A stretch of DNA of 64,000 bases from Octopus bimaculoides (Eukaryota), in the NCBI RefSeq assembly GCF_001194135.2, contig NC_068992.1:13213421-13277420 (forward strand). The letters are read 5' to 3'. The translations under genes and the position numbers were made by a program. The notes under the pieces were generated by a model. It was given only the letters and a program-made list of their open reading frames with translations, did no database searches and was not told the DNA's origin. Positions 12,846 through 26,393 of this stretch are shown piece by piece; positions within the stretch are counted from its first letter, which is position 1, and each line of letters begins with the position of its first letter.

Positions 12846-14275
12846 GAGGAAGACACGATGAAGAATGACGAGAAGAGGTGTTTGTGGAGGAGAAGCAGAA
12901 GGAAATAATAAGAAGAAAACGGTCAAAGACTACTAACGAGACTTGGGAAGCGACTAAGAAGAACACAGAGAATAAGAATCAATGCGTGAATAACAGAATA
13001 AAGTATTTCATCGTGATAAGGGTCTAGCAATTCCATGAGCATATTGCAGAATAAAGATATGGCTTAAAACCACATCTGATCCTTCCGGGCAACCATTATA
13101 TTCACTCATCCTTTTATTGTGGTGTCATTAATTTTCAGCCTAATTTCCCACAAAGCATTTTGTTGTTTTGAAAAATTGTTTTTCTTATTGTTCAGAAGTG
13201 GTGTCCTTTTTCTTCATGTCTTAATCTCTTTCAAGTTCAGTTTTGAAAAGGAAAAAATAAATAAATAAATAAAATAAAATAAAATGAATGGAAATAAATA
13301 AATAAATGAATAAATAAATAAATAATAAAAACTGCAATCGGAAGCCTTCATTGAACCTGAATTCTTTTTTTTACGTAGTTATTTTTATTTTAGACATTTG
13401 TCTTTTGTTATATTTGTAAAATGAAGCATGACTGGTTTCACATGGTCAGTTTTCTTGTAATGAGCTGTTTATTCGAATGTCAAAGGGTTACTCTTAATAT
13501 CTCAACCAAAGACTTGCTGCTGCTGAATTTGTGGGAAACTCACAGTTCTATATGTATGTGTACGCTTTCGTTAGTAAAATGTGTGTGTGTATGTGTGTGT
13601 GCCTTTGTATCTTTCTCTGTGCGCACGTGTGCGTATTGCTTCTGCTTTATAATTTGTTTTTGTTTAATAATATTGATCAAATTGAAAGCTATCTTACAAT
13701 CTAAATTCGAATATCAACGAAATGATAAGGCATCTGGCAGTTTTATTGCATCATTGCTGAAGACCTAAAAAATTCCTTGATCGTGATATTCCATTCTGAT
13801 CTTTATTTTACGTTTATTTTTTTTTTTTTAAATTTTCTTTATACAGATATAAAAAATAAAGAAGTAAAATAATACATACGCTGGCGTATACAAGTAGACT
13901 TGACTCTCGGAACACATAGCACATTGTACATCGACTACATCGTTTGCCCCCCCCCCATGTGTTCGTATCAACTGCCGGAAATAGCAACGAAATGAACGTT
14001 CCAATCATGTTCTGCCAATCATAGAACTGAACGAAAATATAATAACAAATGACGTATTTGATATTTTAAATTACAGTAAGGAAATGACATTGGTCATTGG
14101 TTTTCTTGGCCTAAGGTTGGACAATTGGACAATTGGACAATATTTCTTTCTTATGCGGAGGTAAACAGCGTGTGATCATTAGAGTAATTAAAAAAACTAC
14201 ACGCTTTTCACATATCCCACAACAATGAGAGAGAACCCATTAAAATAGAGAGAGAGTGAGAGTGTGGGTGTGTGT

Positions 14276-14339
<64 letters not shown>

Positions 14340-14410
14340 ATTAAAATATTAAAAAATATAATATCAAAAAAATCATTCTGAAAATCATAATAAGAATGTC
14401 ATAAATGCAA

Positions 14411-14620
14411 TACACTTGAATACAGGGCGAGCAGTTTTTCAGGGGAAGGGGTATTGGATACATCGAACCCAGTATTTGACTAGTAAGAATTTCATCGACT
14501 CCGAGCAGTTCTGATAAATAAAGTGGATGTCGGTGGTATTTGATGTGAGAACAAAATGACACAGAATGCCGCTAAGCAATTTTTCCGGCGTGCGAACGAT
14601 TCTACCAGCTCACCGTCTTA
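14411..14620 (-). mobile_element. tRNA-derived SINE (family B), degenerate near-full copy
   Basis: The reverse complement aligns by eye to the 43975-44183 copy (gagctggtagaatcgtt...cttagcggcatt...cggagtcgatgaaatt...gttcgatgtatc). Confidence 0.75.
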
Positions 14621-15233
14621 CTCTATGTATTAAGTAATGCCTCGTATCAACATTGAGAGATGAGATTTGGCTGGTATTTCGACCCGACAGAATAACTAAT
14701 TAAAAAGTTGTCAATAACTTAATGTATAACAGATGTGACGTAAATTACTAGGAGCAGTTTCACGTCACTAAGCTCATATTTTCTTTCTATCACCTATTCT
14801 CTATGCACTAAATTAAAGCCTAGATGAAAAGTGTTTTAGAAAAGTTTACCAAATGACAGATTGTTCAAAACATTGACATCCTATTTCCTCAAGGGAATAT
14901 TCAAATATCTGATTGACCTCTAGCATATGCATGAATGTAGCTCCATATATGCGTGTGTTTGTATATATGTTTGTGCGTATGTTTGTGTGTATATGAGCGT
15001 AAGTGATCGCTGAGAATCGAGGTGTCCGAATGATTTTGTTGTTTCGAGTGAGCGAGGTAAAGTAGGAAAGTGTAACATGAACAAAATATTTATAATATAT
15101 ATCACGAAAGTGATAATTGCGTTCCTCTTGATTAGTGCATTACAATATATCCCCCGTATATATATATGCAGGCGCACATAAGTATATATATGTATATATA
15201 TATGGACGTATATAAAATATACATACGTGTTTG

Positions 15234-15265
<32 letters not shown>

Positions 15266-16232
15266 GAAGCAGTCATACATTTTTTATTGATGTATTATAG
15301 GCCTATTTACAAGTTGTGGTCAACAAATAATTAGTAGTTTGAAATAAATCCCTTCCCTGCCTTCATGATTGCCTTATAGTTTTGACTTTAACAGTAAAGA
15401 GAATTATATAATAAGTTCTTCTTCTTAAGGCTGTTTAATATAACTTCCCTGAGAACGGTTTAGAAGAAACCTCATGGGGTGTAGTTTAATATTTGGAGCT
15501 ACCAACTGACTGTCCATACGTAGATTACAATTAAGCTGAAAGGAGATAAATTTTACGTAAACATTATTATATCTAATAGAAATAATTCATTTCAATATAT
15601 TACAATTTCTCATATCCAATGGATGCAAAAACCATTATATCGTAACGCAGGCTAAATCCCTGTGATATGTACAAGGATTGATATTCCAATTCGAATTTGA
15701 TATGAGATTTAGGGTGCTTCATATAAAATATAGCAAGAAGTTTAATTAAAGTTTGCAATAGTCCTTGGCATTTTGCGTCAGCTTGCTAACAAGCACATTG
15801 CGCTCGCCTTGGTGTAATTAAAGGAAACCTGTCTATATACAACGGTGAATGAGTTATAGCTTAGAAGAAGCCAGTTATATTGATAATCTCGTTATCCTCC
15901 GAATTAAACCTTGTTAATGCACGGAAGGCACAAGATTCAGAGTGGATGTCAGCTCATTCAAACGTTACGTGCAACACTTTAATGAATTACTGGATATTCC
16001 GCTAGGAACTGACAATAAGCCTTTTTATATTTACCGTATGAAAGTCTGCAATATGTGTATCGTGTTCCTGTCCACAAAATATTCACTTTCTATCCTCTGA
16101 AAATGTAATATTAGTGCACGGTTGAAGTAATAAAATGTCATATAGCCATGTCAATTTGATTATATAATATTCGGCAACGAAAGATTGCTACATGTGTGAC
16201 TCACCTTATAGATATATATTTATATGTACCTT

Positions 16233-16568
16233 GTTGTGAGTCGGGGACCATGGGTTCATGATGCATCATCTCTTTCTTTCTCCTCCTACATTTTGATATG
16301 TTTGTGCATTCAGCCAAAGTTCTTCTCCTACCGTTTTATATCCAGCTAGCGTTCTCTCGGCTTCACCTCCCTCGTTTCCTATTTACGCTTCACCCTTGGA
16401 AGTGGCTGCTGAAGTTCTGGGCCTTAATCCCCGTACCCAAAATCCTGCATCTTTCTTTTGATCACAATCGCCAAACGTTCACTTTATATTCTTGTCTCAA
16501 CAATTACAGATTCACTTCTTCCATATAATCCCAGGTAATCCAAGCTGTTTTCCGATCCCTCTCCAACA
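16233..16568 (-). mobile_element. Probable RTE-clade LINE 3' coding remnant
   Basis: Minus-strand translation with stops gives ...QNFSSHFQG*SVNRKRGR*SRE..SWI..., resembling the RTE C-terminal ..LLQGKVxGKRGRGRPR..W motif. Heavily decayed. Confidence 0.4.
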
Positions 16569-18075
16569 CATACAAAAACACACGCAGGTATATAAGTACC
16601 TATATAAGTACACATGTACGTATGTTTGTGTATGTGTATGTATGTATGTATGTATGTATATATATATATATGTGTGTGTATATACGTACGTATGTATGCA
16701 TGTGTATATACGTGGGTTGCGTTTATTGTCTGTTTCTTTTTAAAATTCGATACGCGTTTCGGTTATAAGTTTAGCAAAAAATATATTTTAACATGGATGG
16801 ATTGCGACAATTTGGACATTCTTTTTCAGAACATTTAGCTGTTGAATTGACTTTCGAATAGTTCGATAATAATGAACCAAATTCTCAAATAAAGCAGATA
16901 ATTCCCAAATTAAATTATAATTTCCCTAAAACGTACCGATATTAATGGAGTGTTTCAGAAAGTGTCATTAATTTTATCAACAAAGTATGGAGCTTTAATG
17001 GTTAACTTAATGTATAACAGAAGAGCTTTTGATAAGTGAAGAATATTTGAATACCGTTATAAATATACCCATGCAGGGTTTAGTAACTTCATGAAAGTAA
17101 AGATGATATAATGTTAAATAGAAGACAATGATTTGTTTTTTAGTTAATGCTATGGATTCATTAATTTTTAATCCAAAAGTAAAGACAGGAAATAATAACA
17201 TCTGAATTAAATATGAGTGGATAACGGAAAATGCATTTTAATATTGCCTATGTGCATTTTAATATTGGCTGTGTGCAATATCTTTCATGAATTAAGATCA
17301 AATGCTAAATGTTTCTAAATATGCATCTAGCTACTCCTCAAAATATTTTATCGAAAACTTTAAGTTACTTATTCATATACAGACCTTTTAATATATCTAA
17401 TTTAGTATAGGTAATATGAAATCGAACATAAAAGACAAATCTATTCACGCAAGACATCTAAGGTGTTGTTGATGACCGATCAGTTTCTTAATCAAAAGAT
17501 TCTATCTTGCTCGAAAGAAGAACAGTAGCATTAACCCCAAAGGGGTGAGACGTTGACTGCGGTGTGTTAGGGTCGTCAGAAGGTTGTGTTGCATCAAAGA
17601 GATATGGATTCTATCTACTTAACAAGAATATACATAGACAAGTTAGACTGACGACATTCTTCACATTGCTTTCCTCCTGGATTTCCTCACCAGAATGTCT
17701 CGATCGAATAAAAACCTGAATATTTTAAACGCACAGGATGTTACCCAATTTCGGAATTGTAAAACTTTGTTTTTGAGGTAACAACGCGTAAACCAAAATA
17801 ATTATCATTGTTAATGGATGTTACTGTTACCAATTCATAGGTCGACAATGCCTTGACAACCACTTCTGGATGGGTCGTAGTTTTAATAATCTTTGAAATG
17901 TTTGGCAAAAAGCAGCAGGTTTTGGAGGGAGGAATACGATTCGTATTCATTTTATTGAACACAAAAGAATGAAAAGGAAAGTGACTCGCGCAGCATTAAA
18001 ACTCAGAATGTGAAGTGCGAAGAAATGCTGCAAAGCATTTTGATCAACGCATCCGCCACACACTCTCTCTTTCCG

Positions 18076-18158
<83 letters not shown>

Positions 18159-18191
18159 TTCTCTCCCGTCTCTTCTCCCCACACACATATA

Positions 18192-18250
18192 TAAGGCGGT
18201 GCTCCAGCATGGCGACGGTCAAATGACTGAAAAAAACAAAAGAATAAAAG
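18192..18250 (+). mobile_element. SINE family A 3' tail fragment
   Basis: aaggcggtgctccagcatggcgacggtcaaatgactgaaa matches the 3' ends of the 25.2 kb copy and (reverse-complemented) the 34.05 kb copy. Confidence 0.6.
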
Positions 18251-18464
18251 AATATATATTACTAAATTTCTTCCTAAATCTGCTCCATTGATAAAAGTAA
18301 ATAAAATAGGAAGTATCGATAAAGTTAATTCCAATATTGAATTTAAATAAAGCCAAGTCATTCATTTCCTTGCCTCGAGGTCGTTGAGAGAATAAGAAAA
18401 AAGAAAGAAGAAAAGGAAATCAATCGTATATATTCATAAATGTTTTAAATCTTTTCTATTATAT

Positions 18465-18578
18465 GCAGAAGGCCTGAAGTTTTAGGGGGGAGGATTAGTC
18501 GATTACATCGACCCCAGTGCTCAACTGGGCCTTATTTTATCGACCCGAACGGATGAAAAGCAAAATCAACCTCGGTGA
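18465..18578 (-). mobile_element. SINE family B central/3' fragment
   Basis: The reverse complement contains ccgaggttgattttgcttttcatccgttcgggtcgataaaataagg..cagttgagcactggggtcgatgtaatcgac, as in the 43975 copy. Confidence 0.75.
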
Positions 18579-18974
18579 CATAAAAATTAATATTGAATAT
18601 TAAATATTAAAAAAATGTATGAAACTATAAGTAGCTTGTGCTCAGCAGTGCACATCGAAAGGGAAGTAACTCTGTATGTCGTGTTATTTCACATATCTAT
18701 AATCTCGTTAGGGATTCTTTTTAATATTATTCATTGTCGACAAAAGAACAAACAAACGTAACTGAAAACAATACCTCCGCCTTCTCTAAGGCGGTGATAA
18801 TAACAACAAAAACTACAATAACAACAACAATAATGATAATATTATAAATTTCTTACGAAATATTTTGACTCAGTATATTGACACCAATTCCAGTATTCTT
18901 ATCGATGCGATAGAATTGCTATGATTTAAATCATCCTGTTATAAATGGCTAGCTCACACTGAATCTTGTGTTTG

Positions 18975-19217
18975 CTATTCTTTTACCGATTTCAACGGCC
19001 TCGACAAAATATTACATCTAATATTTCTTTGATATATTTTCGCTTTTCTTAGCCTTTCCTTAAAGCGATTTATATATTTTTTATATCTGTTATAATGTTC
19101 TAATTTCAAATCACGCTTGGATTGAGATGTGTTATTACATTCCTTACAGAGAGTTTCGAAGTCGATCCCAGTATGTTCGCATTTCAATGAGTGAAACAAA
19201 TAGCTGTGTACATTCAA
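18975..19217 (-). mobile_element. Possible L2/CR1 linker-region remnant
   Basis: The track ORF contains EHYNRYKKYINRFKERLRKAKIY, similar to the LINE ORF2 motif ..YKKYRN......LRKAK..YY. Only this one motif supports the call. Confidence 0.3.
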
Positions 19218-20527
19218 GCAACTATAAAAGGAGAATATTTGGTTTGAATCAGTGAGGTTTAATGGGGAATGTATTTTGAAATGACTGGAACTCGTATCTG
19301 CAAAACTTATAAAATATTAGGTTTCTTGTTTGGGAACTTACATGTTTGTTTTTTTATGCGCTCTATCCTGTACAATAAACGGTGGCAATAAACGAATGTT
19401 CTGACTTACAAAAATAGATGATTACCATTTATGTTGAAATAGCCTTTAAGAACATGTTTAATATAACATTTATATATTTGAAATTGTTGAGAGGAACATA
19501 CGCTTTCCATTGCGGAAGAATTATTTCTAAAAGAACTGAAATACGCAATACAATAAATTGCAAAACTTTAGAAACAGCTAGGTCTACGCTAATGTTTGTG
19601 TGAAATGAACAGAGAGGATATATTTTACGAGGATCAAATGCAATAATATTGAAATGGTAAAAAGAAATTTTAAATTTCATTTCGTATTTAGAAACACACA
19701 ACTGAATATTTTTAAACTAACATTTTAAAAGGGCACATGTGTCAGAAAATAATATTTTCTCTTGTTTTATTTTACTTCAGAAGCAGGTTTATCAATACCC
19801 TGATAATTTTTATTGTTGTTACGAAAGCAGATGTTATATCTAAAAAACGAAGACAAATACAAGAAACAAAGCTTTTCATGAAATTTCATTGGATCAATTT
19901 AGAAAATTTTACCAAAATATTGAATTTTAAAGTTTATTTCTTCATTCTAAATTTCATATATGTATATATTTCTCTGTGTTTGTCTTCTGTGAACAAACAT
20001 TCATTTCTTTTCGCACATTTTACGGAAAAAAATCTTCCATTTTTTTTATAGCAATATGTATATAATAAAAGTTTGAATATCACAGAACAATAGTTTGTAA
20101 TGCTGAAATTCATTACAAATAAAAGAATTTTATATTCTTATAGAATTTTTAGAAATCATTAAAACGAATTTGAACAAAAAAATTAATATAGATTACCTTT
20201 TGTCTAAATGATATTTAAATTGCAAAATATAAACTTCAATGAACGAGACGAAAGATTTATGTCTGGTTCGATACCACAGCGCGGAAAGAATTGGCCTCTG
20301 TCATTGCTGTAGTTCTGTATTTCGGGATGATTTTTATTTTGATAAAAAGGTTTACAGTAAATGAGTCTGGTATGAGTTTCCAGATTCAAATAGACGTTTT
20401 CAAACTGTTTTACTGTTTGCATAACTAGCCCAAAAAATTTCTACATGTATGCACATAAGAAAATATACACAAAAAGGAAAACAATACAAAAAAAATTCAA
20501 AAGCATGTGTAGAAGAAGAAACAGAAG

Positions 20528-20662
20528 TCTTCTTCTTCTTCTTCTTCTTCTTCTTCTTCTTCTTCTTCTTCTTCTTCTTCTTCTTCTTCTTCTTCTTCTT
20601 CTTCTTCTTCTTCTTCTTCTTCTTCTTCTTCTTCTTCTTCTTCTTCTTCTTCTTCTTCTTCT
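20528..20662. repeat. Pure (TTC)n microsatellite, about 45 units
   Basis: Directly visible. Confidence 0.97.
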
Positions 20663-21014
20663 ACACACAGGCTTTTGAGATCCTTTTCCTCTTTTCCTTT
20701 TTTCTGTGTATACTAGACAGAAAAATATTTTCGCTATTTAAGCAAACAGTAAAACCTATTTTGCAGTTTCAAAACGGTTATTTGAAGCTCGAATCACATA
20801 CCGGAGTCACTCACTGTAAACATTACTATTAAAATAAAAGTTATCCCAGAAAAGCCATCTCTATTCATTTTTTTTCAAATATATAATACTGTACGAAGAG
20901 CTTTCTTTTTCTTATTATATATAAATATTATATATATATAATATGCACGAGATATGCGCGCTTGCGTGTGTGTTGCGATCCTTTGCATACATGAATGGGC
21001 AATATACACGATAG

Positions 21015-21157
21015 GACAGGGACCAGTCAATTACATCGACCCCGAAAGGATAAAAGCTTGGGCTCGTGCGGATTTGAAATCAGAAAATGAAGGGACGGAA
21101 TAAATACCACAACGTATCTTGTCCGAGGCGAGAACGTTTCTACCAGGTAACCGCCTC
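21015..21157 (-). mobile_element. SINE family B, internally deleted copy
   Basis: The reverse complement reads aggcggttacctggtagaaacgtt...ttctgatttcaaatccg...tcctttcggggtcgatgtaattgac. Confidence 0.7.
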
Positions 21158-21158
<1 letters not shown>

Positions 21159-21213
<55 letters not shown>

Positions 21214-21365
21214 GAAGAAGAAGAAGAAGAAGAAGAAGAAGAAGAAGAAGAAGAAGAAAAAGAAGGAGGCGGAGGAGAAGAAGAAGAAGAAGAAGAAGAA
21301 GAAGAAGAAGAAGAAGAAGAAGAAGAAGAAGAAGAAGAAGAAGAAGAAGAAGAAGAAGAAGAAGA
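21159..21365. repeat. Compound (AAT)n-(AAG)n microsatellite
   Basis: Same order as the 12.4 kb tract. Confidence 0.95.
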
Positions 21366-22446
21366 ATTGTCCAACAAAGAAATCAACATATTTTTTAAAC
21401 GGTAAACGTATTGAATGAAGTCGTTTATAGCATTAGTATGAATTAGAAAAATAAAATTAAGTTTCATACAATTAGTAGAAACATGGATGCTTCTAAATAT
21501 TTCTTTATTGCAAAGTACAAATAGCATTACTCATACCAGCATCATACTCATCATCATCATCATCATCATCAAAAAACGGTTTATCAAAATAGGATAATAA
21601 TAATTGTCGTTAATAAATTGTATAGAAATAACATTCAACAACCAAACATTCAAGAATAACATAGCACCCCTACCCACAAAAAAAAAAAGGAACAAAACCT
21701 ACATATCATCGACAGCAACACAACAACAGAAGCAGCTGCGGCACCTTCAAATTTAAGAAAGGGCTGAAGCTCATTAAAGTTGTTTTTAAGAATTGGAAAG
21801 CAGTTTCAAATACCCATGTTATAATTACTTTAACCTTTCTCATGGAATGCTTTAGAAGGGCAAATTTCTAAACGCTATACGCTTTGATATTAAGGATAAG
21901 TGGCTATAAAAATTTCCAAATCTATTTTGGTAAAGAAGCTGTTATTACGGAGCAAATTGAATTACCNNNNNNNNNNNNNNNNNNNNNNNNNNNNNNNNNN
22001 NNNNNNNNNNNNNNNNNNNNNNNNNNNNNNNNNNNNNNNNNNNNNNNNNNNNNNNNNNNNNNNNNNNNNNNNNNNNNNNNNNNNNNNNNNNNNNNNNNNN
22101 NNNNNNNNNNNNNNNNNNNNNNNNNNNNNNNNNNNNNNNNNNNNNNNNNNNNNNNNNNNNNNNNNNNNNNNNNNNNNNNNNNNNNNNNNNNNNNNNNNNN
22201 NNNNNNNNNNNNNNNNNNNNNNNNNNNNNNNNNNNNNNNNNNNNNNNNNNNNNNNNNNNNNNNNNNNNNNNNNNNNNNNNNNNNNNNNNNNNNNNNNNNN
22301 NNNNNNNNNNNNNNNNNNNNNNNNNNNNNNNNNNNNNNNNNNNNNNNNNNNNNNNNNNNNNNNNNNNNNNNNNNNNNNNNNNNNNNNNNNNNNNNNNNNN
22401 NNNNNNNNNNNNNNNNNNNNNNNNNNNNNNNNNNNNNNNNNNNNNN

Positions 22447-22489
<43 letters not shown>

Positions 22490-22493
<4 letters not shown>

Positions 22494-22646
22494 TAGATAG
22501 ATAGATAGATAGATAGACAGACAGATAAACAGACGGACAGACATAAATATTGATAGATAGATTTATAGATAGATAGATATAGATAGATAGATAAATAGAT
22601 AGATAGACAGACAGACAGAAGGATTGATAGATAGATTGAAAGATTT

Positions 22647-22703
<57 letters not shown>

Positions 22704-22725
22704 CAGATAGATAGATAGACAAATA
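22490..22725. repeat. (GATA)n/(GACA)n microsatellite after (TA)n
   Basis: Directly visible. Confidence 0.95.
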
Positions 22726-22917
22726 GATATACATGGAAATATAATGTTTGAGTTTGTATGTGTAAATGAAAATCGTTTTCTTGTAAGTATGAAAAAAGAT
22801 ATAAATATATATATACAGTTATTTTACAATGAAAATAACATAATTATACTTCAAATAATGATATGCCAGTTTCCACCAGTATATCAGGTGCAACAGCATG
22901 AATTCGAAACACGCGCA

Positions 22918-23150
22918 TATTATAGTTACTATTATTGTTGTTATTGTTGTTGCTGTTGTTGTTATTGGTAGTGATGATGGCAACAGTGATGATTCTGATA
23001 ATAGTGGTGGTTGTGTTGGTGGTGGTTTTATTCTTCTTGTTCTTGTTATTAACATCATTGCCCATCATCGCAATCATTGTTATTGTAATTGCTGTTATTT
23101 TTACTTTTTGCTGATTTCTTGTTGTTATTAGGTTGATAATGTTTTTGATA
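22918..23150. repeat. Degenerate trinucleotide tract (TTA/TTG/GAT/GGT)
   Basis: Low-complexity 3-periodic sequence that reads AAT/AAC/CAT-rich on the minus strand. It lies beyond the 3' side of the R4/Dong fragment. Confidence 0.8.
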
Positions 23151-23252
23151 TANNNNNNNNNNNNNNNNNNNNNNNNNNNNNNNNNNNNNNNNNNNNNNNN
23201 NNNNNNNNNNNNNNNNNNNNNNNNNNNNNNNNNNNNNNNNNNNNNNNNNNNN

Positions 23253-23946
23253 TTTTATTCCAAGATCTTAATAATTGCTTATTTTTTGGTACGTCTTGAC
23301 AAATACATTTATATCGATTGGGACAGTCATATTGATAAGGAAGCGTGATTTTTGTCCGAAGTCCTTCGATATAATGCCTGGCTGTATTTGCAGCTGTCTT
23401 TCTGTCAGTCTGAGCAGTGAAGTTCCAAACGAGTGAGATGTAGTCATTTTCAAAGACTGGAGGTGGTATGTGTCCCCACCTGTTTTTATTACGGGCAGGT
23501 TCAAATCTGGAAATTACCCAGTGACTATACTGTGTCGCTCTATCATGTCTATTGAAATACTCTGTAGTTGCAGGATAACTGCACATGAAGACACCGTGAT
23601 CAATGGTTTCGTTTTGTTGTTTACATATACAACACGTTGGGCTACAGCGACTGTTTAAGGTGTTGGCCTGGTAGATTCTTGTAGGTAGGCATTGATCTTG
23701 TGTTGCTATTATAAGTGCTTCCGCTTCTAATTTTAAGCCAGGAGACACTAACCATTGATTAGTAACGGCTTTGCCAACATTGGCAATATTAACTCGCTTT
23801 GGATATTTGCCATTTATCAGTAAGAATATCTAAGGTAACAGTTTCCACAGAGGTTTCCATATGCTTAGCTTTTTCTGTGCTTGTTCCCAATATGTCTAAT
23901 TCTGGGATTTGTCGTATTTGGAATTCACTTAGATCTTTCTTTGTCT

Positions 23947-23950
<4 letters not shown>
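23253..23950 (-). mobile_element. R4/Dong-clade non-LTR retrotransposon C-terminal fragment (CCHC knuckle plus restriction-like endonuclease), pseudogenised
   Basis: Reads [45 protein letters not shown]...CCICKQQNETIDHGVFMC (C-X2-C-X8-H-X4-C)...RHDRATQYSHW...VFENDYISLVWNFTAQTDRK. After a frameshift it continues QPGIISKDFGQKSRFLINMTVPIDINVFVKTYQKISNY, the RLE PD..D region with the catalytic D residues mutated. Confidence 0.9.
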
Positions 23951-24028
<78 letters not shown>

Positions 24029-24584
24029 GTGTGTATGTATATGTATATATGTGCATGTATGTATGTATGCACGGATATATATGGTTTCTATGGAGATTCC
24101 ATTAACCAAATTCTAATACAAGTGAAATCAAAGTGTTCTATTAGATTTTAGCACATAGTTGTTAGCCGCTCAGTGAACTTAGATAACCTTTAATATATAT
24201 TTTATATTTTAAACCTTTGATGAAAAATCATTAACGTATTGATCATATTTAATTATAAATTGCTTTAAAGCGAATCCAACAACTGTTGATAAATGTATAT
24301 CATATTAAAATATTAATTTCTCTGTTATGATCGTAAATATTAGATGTGAAATTCTAATTAAGAAAGCCGATTGGAGACAAGTCTAAAGATGACAACCCCA
24401 CCTGATTGACTGTATTTTTCATGAATAAAAATATCTAAGAAGTTATCTCAAGAAATTTACATATCAATATATCTATCAACTACAATCTCTTTCTTTCTCT
24501 CTGCTTTGATACACACACACATACACATATATACTTGCATGGACACGGATACATAGTTACTTATATACGTAGCCTTTCTCATGT

Positions 24585-24765
24585 TTCAGTTATTAGACTG
24601 CGACCATAGTGGAACGTCACCTTGAAAAGTTTTTATTCGAATGAATGAAACCGGCTATATAATTTTTTTAAACCTAGTACATATCCTATCAATCAATTTC
24701 ACCGAAAGTGAACTTACGGGGACGTAAACATATTATCAGTGGCTGCCAAGCAGTGGTGGTCGATT
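24585..24765 (-). mobile_element. SINE family A 3' half, degenerate
   Basis: The reverse complement contains ccaccact...tgtttacgtccccgtaa...ttcaaggtg...atggtcgcagtctaataactgaaac. Confidence 0.6.
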
Positions 24766-24890
24766 TACATAAACAGAAAAGCGAATTGCTCACACACACG
24801 CTCATACACAAATACACACAGACGTACACACACATATATACACATATATGTATGATTTTGTGATAAGTTGCTCACCAAGCACGTAGTTTT

Positions 24891-25290
24891 GCGCATGAGT
24901 GGCTGTGTAGTAAGTAGCTTGCTTACCAACAACATGGTTCCGGTTTCAGTCCCACTGCATGGCACCCTGCTCAGTTGTCTTCTACTATAGACTCAAGCAG
25001 ACCAAAGACTTGTAAGTGTATTTCGTAAAAGGAATCTAAAAATCGTATATATGTTTGTGTGTGTTAGTGGGTATGTGTGTATGCGAATGTGTGTGTTTTT
25101 GTGTCCGTGTCTGTCGTCCACCACCACTAGACAACGGGCGTGTTTACGTCACCGTAAATTTTGCCGAGCGGCAAGAAAGATCGCTATAATAAGTACCAGA
25201 CTTAAGGTTACTGGGATCGATTCATTCTTCAAGACGGTGTTGCAGCATGAAGGGAGCCTAATGAATGAAGCAAGTAAGACATAAAAGATA
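24891..25290 (+). mobile_element. tRNA-derived SINE family A, near full length
   Basis: Head ggctgtgtagtaagtagcttgcttaccaacaacatggttccggtttcagtcccactgc, a central (GT)n-like tract, the tgtttacgtcaccgtaa block and the tail ttcaagacggtgttgcagcatg...gaagcaagtaag. Confidence 0.8.
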
Positions 25291-25394
25291 CAATATATAT
25301 ACATACATATATATGTATGTATATATATATATATATNNNNNNNNNNNNNNNNNNNNNNNNNNNNNNNNNNNNNNNNNNNNNNNNNNAGAGAGAG

Positions 25395-25560
25395 AGATAC
25401 ATACATACATACATATATATACATAGATACATAGATAGATATAGATATATGTATATATGTATGCATGTATGTATGTGTGTATGTATGTATGTATGTAGGT
25501 AGGTAGGTAGGTAGGTAGGTAGGTAGGTAGGTAGGTAGGTAGGTAGGTAGGTAGGTAGGC
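25395..25560. repeat. Compound (TACA)/(TATG)n-(TAGG)n microsatellite
   Basis: Directly visible. Confidence 0.95.
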
Positions 25561-26316
25561 AATTATACGACACGCTTCCTTTCATTTGTGTCTAACAAAT
25601 CCAGTAGCAATATCATCTCACCCGGAGGCTATAGTAGTGCAAATATATCCAATGTGTTACCCAGTGGGACTAAACCCAGATGTTTGGTCAACGGTTGGAT
25701 CCGCTCTTTCTCGGACAATTTCTGCTTATTAATTTTGCTAGATCTAGAAGGTAAAACAATGATCAAACATGAAAAATCTTCATTTGTTGCCAATTTGTAA
25801 TATCCTATAATTGTAAACTTCTATAATTACATTGCAAATTAATATTTGACGAAACCTCACTACGATTTTACTGTAATTGCTTTCAAAATCATTGGTAACT
25901 TAATATATGTATACAACGTAAGTTAATCGTTTTGTTACATTCTGTAAGAGATGATTGTTCTATTGACCGGCGAATTTATCCTATTGTTGTTCACGTTACT
26001 CGGAAGTATGTCAACTGATGAGATTACAGTTATATAAAAACGCACATTTAGGTGAAGTTAACTCAGAATTATATCGACAAGAACTTGAAATAAACAACGC
26101 TATGGATACATGCGAATGAGTATTGCAAAGTCTTAAAGTATCCGTTTATTTTGTTTTCACGTTCCATCTTCTTTCATCCCACCATTTGCATTCATTTTCA
26201 CCTCGCCTCTTTTCTCATAGACTAGCAGCCTTCCTCGGTTTTCAATACCAGCTATATGTATACCAGCCTGATGTATATACTGCCGAATTACTGTTGCCAC
26301 AGCGTATATACATTTT

Positions 26317-26348
<32 letters not shown>

Positions 26349-26360
26349 TGTATGTATCTA

Positions 26361-26393
<33 letters not shown>

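Noticed and set aside
14116-14146. Short tandem triplication ttggacaa; similar micro-duplications at 56957-56999 (tattgactgcat x3) and 59396-59432
   Set aside because: Ordinary slippage duplications with no further structure.
20265-20275. B-box-like GGTTCGATACC
   Set aside because: No A-box or cloverleaf. At most a SINE head relic, not a tRNA gene.
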